This document shows, piece by piece, positions 39,052 through 46,455 of a stretch of DNA of 64,000 nt. Under the pieces are notes generated by a model. That model was not told the DNA's origin. It worked only from the letters and a program-made list of their open reading frames with translations, and ran no database searches. Position 1 is the first letter of the stretch; each line of letters starts with the position of its first letter. Source of the DNA: an uncultured Prevotella sp. (GTDB lineage: Bacteria > Bacteroidota > Bacteroidia > Bacteroidales > Bacteroidaceae); contig CAAGEG010000050.1 of assembly GCA_900768785.1 (NCBI GenBank), positions 16,057 to 80,056 on the forward strand, read 5' to 3'. A program made the position numbers and the translations under genes.

Positions 39052-41310
39052 ATGACAGATAATATATTAAATTTTGACCTTGATTTGTGGTCAAATGCTG
39101 AAAATGAGAGTGCTAAGGGTGCAAACCAAAGTGCTAACGGTGTAGTTCCATGCGCCAACAGAGGTTCTGCGGCGAGCGCTAATGTTGCTGCCCCAATCGC
39201 TAATGGCGTAGTTCCAAGCGCCAACAGAGGTGCTGCGGTGAGTGTAAATAGTGCAAACCCAAGTGTAAATGGCGGTTCTGCGGCGAGTGTAAATGGTGCA
39301 ACCCCAAGTGCTAACGGTGTAGTTCCAAGCGCTAACGGCGGTAATTCTACCGAAAACAGCGAAAGCGACGACATGCCTGTTTGGGACACTTATGACGAGG
39401 TAAAAACCTTCGTTGATGAGCTTTGCGATGCGCAAATAAACATCTGCGAAACCTACGACCAATGGTTTAAAATTGGCTTTGCCCTTGCGGGCTGTCTCGG
39501 CGAAGAGGGTAGGGAGTTGTTCCACCGCCTTTCGGCGCAGTCTTCGAAGTACGATTTCGCGGAAAATGAGAAAAAATACGACAACTGCTTGCGCACATAC
39601 AATGGCAGCATTAACATCCAAACGCTATATTGGTATGCCCGCGAGGCTGGTTTTGACCTCGTTGACTATGCCGTGCGCCATAACCTCGAAGTGGACTATA
39701 GCACCATTGAGGAAGAGTGTCTGCAGGGAGAAAGCGATGTGGAAGTTGGCACAGTTGGCACAGTTGGCACAGTTGGCACGACACGTATTTTAAATAGTAA
39801 TTATTATAACTCATTGATAATCAATGATAGTAATATTTTAGAAGAAAAAACAAGGGGCGTGCCAACTGTGCCAACTGTGCCAACTGTGCCAACTTTTTCG
39901 GACCAAATTGCCGAAGATGAGTGGTGTGATTACTTGCGCCCTATTGTTCAAAAAATGAAAGATGCCGAGTCGCGAGACAAAATGCTGCTCTCTGCCCTTG
40001 TGCTCAACTCCGCCCTTATGCCCAACCTCTACGGGCGATACGGAAATAAAGATATTTATCCTAATTTATATCTTATAATCAGCGGCCTGTCGGGTGGCGG
40101 AAAGGGCGAAATACAGCTGGCGAAGCACATCGTCAAGCCATACAGCGACGAAGCCAAGAAAAACTTCGAGAAGGCATTAGCGGATTATCAACAGAAATTC
40201 GCCCTTTGGAAAGAGGCGGCAAAGCAGAAAAAAGACCCTACTAAGATTGGCGATGCACCCATAGAGCCACAGGAAAAATATATCTTTATACCAGCCGACT
40301 CTACTGAGGCGGCAGCTCTGCGCGAACTAAAAATTAACGAGGGCAAAGGTATTATTTTCGACAGCGAGGGCTCGGTGGTGCGCAAAGCGTTAAAGTCAGA
40401 TTACAAGGATTATAGCTCTATTATGCTCAAGGCATTTCATCACGAAAATATCTCGGTGGCGCGTATTAAGGACGAAATCCGCTACGACATTCCCAACCCT
40501 CGCCTCTCTATTCTTCTCACCTGCACACCGGGTGAACTTCCCAAGTTGTTCCCCTCGTTCGAAGACGGTCTGGGCACTCGTTTCCTCTTTTACCAGCTTG
40601 CGCCACACGTGGAATGGAAAGACCAACTTAACGACGACGACCAGCTCGATTATCTCTTTTATGAACTCGGTACGCAGACGTTGGATTTTTATCATCAGCT
40701 CGCCGACCTCAAAAACCGACGAATTAAATTTCTACTCACCCCTGAGCAGCAACAGAGGTTCAACAACTTCTTCCAAGAGGTTCAGCTTCAAGAGTTCGAG
40801 ACTCATGGCGACGGCATACTCTCGTTTGTTAAACGTCTCGGTCTGAGCGCCTTTCGGTTGGCTATGGTTCTGTCGCTCCTCCGACGACACAGCGACCGCA
40901 AAGGCATAATGCACCTCTTCACGGAGAGCGAGCAGACCCTCATTTGCAACGATTTAGACTTCCGGATTATGCTCACTATCATAGAAACGCTCGTGGCGCA
41001 CACAACTTCAATGTTCGCCGAAATAGCAGCTCAAAATGAGCTTCCGGGCTCTAACCGCGCAGCGCAGAGCAACATGGAGCTGGTTCTCTTCAACGCCCTT
41101 CCGCCCCAGTTTACTAACATGGATTTAAAGAACGTGGCAGCACAAATTAACCTATCTGAACGAGCAGCGAGGAAATATCTTACTAAATTCCTCAACGAAT
41201 ATAGAACTATTGAGCGCATAAAGTACGGGCATTATAAGAAAGTTGTTCAAAACAATGCGTCCGGCAATCCAAAAAACAACGCTTTTAGCAACCCAAAACA
41301 ACGTGTTTAA
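39052..41310 (+). CDS. PriCT-2 + DUF3987 (YfjI-like P-loop helicase) protein with repeat insertions
   Basis: PriCT-2 YDQWFKIGFALA..GRELFHRLS; Walker A GLSGGGKG; Walker B IIFDSEG; PRLSILLTCTP; DGLGTRF; C-terminal wHTH-like segment. Confidence 0.85.
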   Translation: MTDNILNFDLDLWSNAENESAKGANQSANGVVPCANRGSAASANVAAPIANGVVPSANRGAAVSVNSANPSVNGGSAASVNGATPSANGVVPSANGGNSTENSESDDMPVWDTYDEVKTFVDELCDAQINICETYDQWFKIGFALAGCLGEEGRELFHRLSAQSSKYDFAENEKKYDNCLRTYNGSINIQTLYWYAREAGFDLVDYAVRHNLEVDYSTIEEECLQGESDVEVGTVGTVGTVGTTRILNSNYYNSLIINDSNILEEKTRGVPTVPTVPTVPTFSDQIAEDEWCDYLRPIVQKMKDAESRDKMLLSALVLNSALMPNLYGRYGNKDIYPNLYLIISGLSGGGKGEIQLAKHIVKPYSDEAKKNFEKALADYQQKFALWKEAAKQKKDPTKIGDAPIEPQEKYIFIPADSTEAAALRELKINEGKGIIFDSEGSVVRKALKSDYKDYSSIMLKAFHHENISVARIKDEIRYDIPNPRLSILLTCTPGELPKLFPSFEDGLGTRFLFYQLAPHVEWKDQLNDDDQLDYLFYELGTQTLDFYHQLADLKNRRIKFLLTPEQQQRFNNFFQEVQLQEFETHGDGILSFVKRLGLSAFRLAMVLSLLRRHSDRKGIMHLFTESEQTLICNDLDFRIMLTIIETLVAHTTSMFAEIAAQNELPGSNRAAQSNMELVLFNALPPQFTNMDLKNVAAQINLSERAARKYLTKFLNEYRTIERIKYGHYKKVVQNNASGNPKNNAFSNPKQRV
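39109..39350 (+). repeat. About 11 degenerate in-frame 21/24-bp tandem units (SANGVVP / SANRGAAV)
   Basis: 7-8 aa units with a 22-aa (66-bp) higher-order period at the N-terminus of the helicase ORF. Confidence 0.9.
39743..39895. repeat. Perfect 38-bp inverted repeat (4 x AGTTGGCAC per arm) around a 77-bp AT-rich core with centred palindrome
   Basis: Arms 39743-39780 and 39858-39895 are exact reverse complements; TCATTGAT-A-ATCAATGA at 39811-27; both are centred on 39819. Confidence 0.97.
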
Positions 41311-41330
41311 CCCTCAAAACCAACGTAATT

Positions 41331-41564
41331 ATGTTCAAAAACAACGAAGATTTCACAATCAAAACATACACGAAAAAAGAGCTCGCCTGTCTCTATTTTC
41401 CCGACGCCAACGACCCGCACACAGCCGTTAACCACCTCATGGCGTGGGTGCACCGCTGTCGCGGGTTGCCCGAAAAGTTAGCCGAACTCGGCTACAACAA
41501 AAACAGCCGCCTGCTCACGCCCAGACAAGTTCGGGAGATTGTCTTTTATCTCGGCGAGCCGTAG
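41331..41564 (+). CDS. DUF4248 family small DNA-binding-like protein
   Basis: YTKKELACLYFP..AVNHLMAW..LGY..LLTPRQVREIVFYLGEP. Confidence 0.88.
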   Translation: MFKNNEDFTIKTYTKKELACLYFPDANDPHTAVNHLMAWVHRCRGLPEKLAELGYNKNSRLLTPRQVREIVFYLGEP

Positions 41565-41640
41565 CATCGCCAACCCTCAAAGTGCGCTCCGATTTTCCCG
41601 GAGTGCACACTTCTTATCCCCCAAAACCAAATAATAATTA

Positions 41641-41729
41641 GTTCGCACGGATTTGTAATCCGTGCGGAAGGCTTGTGCGGATTTCAAATCCGCAGTTATA
41701 TTACACGGGGATTACAAATCCCCGTGAAC
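41641..41729. repeat. Cluster of three REP-like palindromes (GGATT-n3-AATCC core)
   Basis: CGCACGGATTtgtAATCCGTGCG 41644-66; TGCGGATTTcAAATCCGCA 41676-94; CACGGGGATTacaAATCCCCGTG 41704-26. Confidence 0.85.
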
Positions 41730-41891
41730 ATGAATAATTTTTTAAGAAATTGTACGCCAACGTATTATAACTCCTAATCGCTTTATTTATATATATTATC
41801 TTTGTCATGTAATCAAGGCGATTATACGGCTCAGCCGAGCGGTGGCCAACGCTTCACTTAGTCGGAATCATTAACTTAAAAAAATAAAAAA

Positions 41892-42323
41892 ATGATAAAG
41901 TACGTTTTAAAGCAAAACCAGAACAACACAACTTCAGCCTACAAAAAGTATTATGCTCACCCGGTTATCGAAAGTACAATGAACCTGAACGACCTTGCTC
42001 GCCACATGTCAGAACACGACACAGGCTTCTCTGAAGCTATGATTGTGGGAGTATTGAAGGCTATGGTAAGATGTATCAAAGAGATGATCCTCGACGGCAA
42101 AAACGTGAAGATAGACGACCTCGCAATATTCTCTTGCGGCATTCGCAACGCCGAAGGAGCAGCATCTGAAGACGACTTCACCGTCGCCAAAAACATCAAG
42201 GGCGTTAAGCTCCGTGCCCGCGCCACAGGTTCGTTGAGCAACACCAACCTCAACCTTGCTGCAACGCTGAAGAAAGCCACAGCGCTGGACACCCCCGCCG
42301 CAGCAGCAGCACCAAAAGCATAA
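41892..42323 (+). CDS. Bacteroidetes HU/IHF-like DNA-binding protein
   Basis: KYYAHP..MNLNDLARHM..ILDGKNVKIDDLAIFS; promoter TATCTTTG at 41797-804. Confidence 0.88.
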   Translation: MIKYVLKQNQNNTTSAYKKYYAHPVIESTMNLNDLARHMSEHDTGFSEAMIVGVLKAMVRCIKEMILDGKNVKIDDLAIFSCGIRNAEGAASEDDFTVAKNIKGVKLRARATGSLSNTNLNLAATLKKATALDTPAAAAAPKA

Positions 42324-42339
42324 CTTTGGTGGGGAACAT

Positions 42340-42364
42340 AGACCTGCGTCCACGCAGGTCTTTT
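42340..42364 (+). terminator. Intrinsic terminator after the HU gene
   Basis: AGACCTGCGT-cc-ACGCAGGTCT-TTT. Confidence 0.75.
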
Positions 42365-42535
42365 GTTAAGAACGTGCGGCACGTTAAGAACGTTAAGAAC
42401 ACACGGACCGTTAAACCGTTAAGAACGTTAGGAACGTTAATAACGCAAGGAACGCAAGGAATGTAAGCAACGCAAGCCACACACGGACCGTTAAACCGTT
42501 AATAACGTTAGGCACGTGCGGAACGCAAGCCCGTT
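42365..42535. repeat. Degenerate 9-bp repeat tract (GTTAAGAAC/GCAAGGAAC) with a duplicated block
   Basis: ACACACGGACCGTTAAACCGTTAA at 42399 and 42479 (80 bp apart). Confidence 0.85.
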
Positions 42536-42575
42536 AGTAAAAGCCCCGCTTGATAACTTTTTTTAAAACAAAAAC

Positions 42576-42785
42576 ATGAGTGTCCGTGAAACAAGAAGGG
42601 GCAATACCGTTCCGCCCCACACCGTTGGTCTTCACGTCAGAGCCCAAGAGCCGACAGATCACATAGATTGTCCCTTTCTTGATTTTATAAGTTGCATCAT
42701 CCAGGACGCAACCGATAATAATAATGAGGAGGAAGCAGAAGTCACCCGCCGCCCGAAGGACGCAACGTGCAAAGGGGGTAAATAA
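42576..42785 (+). CDS. Candidate small protein (69 aa)
   Basis: ATG preceded by TTTTAAAACAAAAAC, identical to the context upstream of the DUF3987 gene. Confidence 0.45.
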   Translation: MSVRETRRGNTVPPHTVGLHVRAQEPTDHIDCPFLDFISCIIQDATDNNNEEEAEVTRRPKDATCKGGK

Positions 42786-42820
42786 CAAACCAACAGAAAA
42801 CGGCGAGCCACCTCTCGGAA

Positions 42821-43050
42821 CTGCATCTCTCGCGTGCGTGGAAACTTCCGCCGGAGGAGTAGCAACATTAGGACTTGAGATGAGCTGCATCTCTCGCTCG
42901 CGTGGAAACTTCCGCCGGAGGAGTAGCAACATCAGGACTTGATATGAGCTGCATCTCTCGCGCTCGCGTGGAAACCAAAACGACTTAATACAAAGACAAA
43001 AGCAAGTGATTACGGCTGCATCTATTGTGCGTGCGTGTGGGAACTTTCTG
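42821..43050. repeat. 64-bp tandem repeat (2 full, 1 partial, 1 degenerate copy)
   Basis: CTGCATCTCTCGC..GCGTGGAAAC starts at 42821, 42885, 42949; degenerate at 43016. Confidence 0.9.
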
Positions 43051-43074
43051 CAGAAAAGCAACCGCAAGAGACAG

Positions 43075-44421
43075 CTACAAGAGCTCTATTTTTAGAATGT
43101 TTTTTGTCTCTTCGGTTATTCTGAACGAGTTGTCAGGGCGAAGATTTACAAGCCATAATATTTTGTTATTCCTTTCTGTCACAACAAGTTGTCGTTGTTT
43201 GTCAAATAGCGACAGCTTGTTGTCAGTTAGGAAATCGCTCACCAATTTACTACCCCTCATCCCCAGAGGACAAAAGCGGTCGCCCGGTGCCACCTTTCTT
43301 ATTAAGAGAGGAAAAGCCGCCCGGTCAGCGTCAGCCATCAAGCAACATTTGCGCTTGTCAATCTTTACATCATCAGTCATCGGGAAGACGCTCACCCGCA
43401 GCTTGGTATTCTCATCATACAGATACGTTCCCTCTTCCGGTATCCTCATTACCTTGTCATTATAAGCCCCGCGCCGCTCGATTATTATATATTTACGGTC
43501 TATAAGCAGTTGATGGTCAGCTGAGTAGAACACCTTTCCCGATTGTGACGCCATAGTCTTTGTTATGCTCTCCGCATCAGCAGAAGTGAAGCCGTAACCG
43601 CTTACGATTTTCCAAACCACATCCTCGCAATAATCAAATTCCAAGAGTTTGTTTATGTCTATCGTTACCCCTCCGCTTTCAGTTGTGACACACACTTCCG
43701 AAGCAGCTTTGTTTACAGTGTCGTTGTATATCTTCGCAACACTTTCCAGTCGTCTTGCCGTGCGCTCTATGCACTCCTGAGCAGCAGGATTTATATCTTT
43801 GATAATGGGTATTAAATTCAGTCGCACCTTGTTTCTTCGCACATCGTCTTTCAGATTGCTGCTGTCGGTTACATAGCTCTGTTTCAGTAGGTTAAGGAAG
43901 TCGAGTATGTCAGCTTTCGATACACAGAGCAAAGGCCGTATTATATTGTTGTTTTTTGCCGCTATTCCCGTCAGTCCATTTATGCCCGTTCCTCTGAAAA
44001 GGTTCAAAAGCACCGTTTCCACGCTATCGTCCCTATGGTGCGCCACGCAGACAGCCGTAGCCCCTATGTCGTGAGCCAGTTTTTGGAAATAGTCGTAGCG
44101 CAACTCCCGCGCTGCCATTTCGATACTTACCTTATGCAGCTCGGCATATTCGCGCGTGTCAAAGTGCACCCGATGAATAGTCACGCCAAGTTTCTCACAC
44201 AGTCGAACAGCAAACAATTCATCGTTAAGAGCTTCATTGCCACGCAGTTGGAAGTTGCAATGCACAGCCTCAACCTCATAGCCCAACCGCACAAGCGCAA
44301 TCAATAACGCCACGCTGTCAGCCCCTCCCGACAGTCCCACAAGGCACTTGTCAGTAGGTTTCAGCAAGTCACGCCCTTTTATATATTGCGCCACACGCTT
44401 TAGAAAATCGTCAGCCATCAT
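43075..44421 (-). CDS. tilS: tRNA(Ile)-lysidine synthetase
   Basis: SGGADS PP-loop, EMAARELRY, AHHRDDSVET, IRPLL, RNKVR. Confidence 0.95.
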   Translation of the reverse strand: MMADDFLKRVAQYIKGRDLLKPTDKCLVGLSGGADSVALLIALVRLGYEVEAVHCNFQLRGNEALNDELFAVRLCEKLGVTIHRVHFDTREYAELHKVSIEMAARELRYDYFQKLAHDIGATAVCVAHHRDDSVETVLLNLFRGTGINGLTGIAAKNNNIIRPLLCVSKADILDFLNLLKQSYVTDSSNLKDDVRRNKVRLNLIPIIKDINPAAQECIERTARRLESVAKIYNDTVNKAASEVCVTTESGGVTIDINKLLEFDYCEDVVWKIVSGYGFTSADAESITKTMASQSGKVFYSADHQLLIDRKYIIIERRGAYNDKVMRIPEEGTYLYDENTKLRVSVFPMTDDVKIDKRKCCLMADADRAAFPLLIRKVAPGDRFCPLGMRGSKLVSDFLTDNKLSLFDKQRQLVVTERNNKILWLVNLRPDNSFRITEETKNILKIELL

Positions 44422-44439
44422 GAGAAAAAGAAAAGCAAA

Positions 44440-45621
44440 TCATTCAACGTAGAGCACAAGACCCTTAAGATATTCACCCTCAGGATGATAGATGTTTATA
44501 GGGTGGTCGGCAGGTTGATGCAGCTGATGAAGAATTCTCACGTTACGTCCCGCCTGAGCCGCCGCCGTAAACACCGCATTTCTGAAGTTATCTTTCGTCA
44601 CCACCTGCGAGCAGGAGAATGTAAAGAGGATACCACCCTTACGAATACGCTGGAAAGCCTTCACGTTAAGTCGTGTATAACCTTTCAAAGCATTATGTAA
44701 CGCCGCCCGATGTTTGGCAAACGCCGGTGGGTCAAGTATTATAAGGTCGTATTTGTTGTCAGCGGCATCAAGAAATTTGAAAGCATCCTCGCAGAACGCC
44801 TCATGTCGGTTGTCGTCAGGGAAATTAAGTTCCACGTTAGCGTTGGTCAGTTCGATAGCCTTAGCGCTACTGTCAACCGAGTGTACCGTTTTAGCACCCC
44901 CTCGCATAGCATAAAACGAGAAGCCCCCCGTGTAGCAAAACATGTTTAGTACCGTTTTGTCTTTGGCGTAACTCTCTAACAGACAGCGGTTTTCACGTTG
45001 GTCAACAAAGAAACCCGTTTTCTGTCCGCGCAGCCAATCCACATGGAATTTCAGTCCGTTTTCCACAGCGATGTTATCGTTGCATCCCCCGACAATGAAA
45101 CCGTTTTCTTGACCCAACCCCGCCTTGTATGGAAGCGTGGTTTCAGATTTGTAGAACACATGTTCTATTCTGTCGCCCATCACCCTTACCAGTTGTTGAG
45201 CAATAACATTGCGATGTCTGTGCATGCCCACGCTATGTGCCTGCATCACAGCCGTTTTGCCGTAGCAGTCGATTACGAGTCCCGGCAGGTTGTCGCCCTC
45301 GCCGTGAACAAGACGGTAAGTGTTGTTAGTAGGGTTGTCGGCAATGCCCGTCAGTCTTCTCATTTCAAGCGCAGACGTAAGACGTTCGCACCAAAACCCC
45401 TCGTCAATGTCAATATCTTCAAACGTCAGCACCCTGACAGCGATGCTCCCAACCTGGAAATGCCCTATGGCGATGAACTCATTATCGGCATTAAGCACCC
45501 TCACCGTTTCGCCCTCTTCGATATTGTTATCGGCAAAAGCTATGGCACCCGAGAATATCCAGGGATGGAAGCGTTTGAGGCTTTCCTCTTTGCCCCGTTT
45601 AAGTACGATTGTTTTATACAT
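44440..45621 (-). CDS. rlmI: RlmI-like 23S rRNA m5C methyltransferase
   Basis: HPWIFSG, RLVHGEGDNLPG, GQKTGFFVDQRENR, ILDPPAF, EGEYLKG. Confidence 0.88.
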   Translation of the reverse strand: MYKTIVLKRGKEESLKRFHPWIFSGAIAFADNNIEEGETVRVLNADNEFIAIGHFQVGSIAVRVLTFEDIDIDEGFWCERLTSALEMRRLTGIADNPTNNTYRLVHGEGDNLPGLVIDCYGKTAVMQAHSVGMHRHRNVIAQQLVRVMGDRIEHVFYKSETTLPYKAGLGQENGFIVGGCNDNIAVENGLKFHVDWLRGQKTGFFVDQRENRCLLESYAKDKTVLNMFCYTGGFSFYAMRGGAKTVHSVDSSAKAIELTNANVELNFPDDNRHEAFCEDAFKFLDAADNKYDLIILDPPAFAKHRAALHNALKGYTRLNVKAFQRIRKGGILFTFSCSQVVTKDNFRNAVFTAAAQAGRNVRILHQLHQPADHPINIYHPEGEYLKGLVLYVE

Positions 45622-46282
45622 TTTGCTCCTTTGTTTCTAATTGTTCGTCAGTTGTCTGCTCGTTGTCAGGCACTTCAACAAGTTTGTAACATCTCTCACG
45701 CATCAGTCTTTCCAGCTCGTTATAAATCATTACACACGCCCACGCATCAGTGGCGGCATAAAGCTTTTGGCTGTCAGTAAGGATGTCAGCCTCCCAGTTG
45801 CTCAGTTGCGCCGTTTTGCTTATCTTTTCATTAAAAATATTCGCATAAATCTTCTGTAAGCTGAGGTCTTTGATACCCACTTCGCCCACAATGTTTTGAA
45901 GGTCAATCATGTTTTCAGGTTTGAACTCGCCCCGCTTGTGTAAAGACAAGATGTCGTCGTGAAGCGACAAACCAATCTTCATTACCGACTTGTCTTCCAG
46001 AAACTTAACTATAGCAGGAGTAAACCCCGTAAGATTTAGCCGGAAAAGAAAACAAATGTCAAGCGTAGCCACCTGCAACAACGCCACCAAGCGGCTCTGT
46101 CCCTTCTTGAACGAGGGTCGCGTCTCGGTGTCTATGCCGACAATCTTTTGAGAAAGCAAGAAATTGATAGCCTTGTCAGCCTCTTTTGCCGTTGTGATGA
46201 CAACAATTCTCCCGCCAAACACCGCTCTCGGCAGTCGGGCAATGCAGCTTTTATCAAACTTGTTATATATCAGTCGTTCCAT
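45614..46282 (-). CDS. 3'-5' exonuclease (DEDDy, RNase D/WRN-like); start placed at MERLIY
   Basis: GIDTETRPSF, SNWE, YAATDAW. Confidence 0.88.
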   Translation of the reverse strand: MERLIYNKFDKSCIARLPRAVFGGRIVVITTAKEADKAINFLLSQKIVGIDTETRPSFKKGQSRLVALLQVATLDICFLFRLNLTGFTPAIVKFLEDKSVMKIGLSLHDDILSLHKRGEFKPENMIDLQNIVGEVGIKDLSLQKIYANIFNEKISKTAQLSNWEADILTDSQKLYAATDAWACVMIYNELERLMRERCYKLVEVPDNEQTTDEQLETKEQNV

Positions 46283-46455
46283 TATTATAAATAAAAATGG
46301 TTTGCAAAAATATAAAAAAAAGGCGACTTTTATGGTCTGTTCTAACATTTTTCAATTACTTTTGCAAATAAAAGGAGTTTGGCAACTACAAATTCCCGCT
46401 ATTTTAGTGCAACACTTAAAGCAAAGACAACAAAAACAAAACAGCTCAAATAACC

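Noticed and set aside
39036..39621. Antisense ORFs (117 and 176 aa) over the helicase N-terminus
   Set aside because: Open only because of the in-frame repeats; shadows of the + strand gene.
42821..43050. CRISPR array
   Set aside because: First two 'spacers' are near-identical, repeats degenerate quickly, and no cas genes are present; it is a tandem repeat.
42534..43067. ORFs spanning the 64-bp repeats (177 aa minus strand and others)
   Set aside because: A 64-bp unit does not preserve frame, peptides recur in shifted frames, and there is no start context.
36800..43070. Prophage / ICE / IME call
   Set aside because: No integrase, relaxase, structural genes, tRNA target or flanking direct repeats recognised.
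44998..45780. 260-aa antisense ORF and similar long shadow ORFs (10444-11235, 48561-49298)
   Set aside because: Lie largely or wholly opposite well-supported housekeeping genes and have no recognisable motifs.
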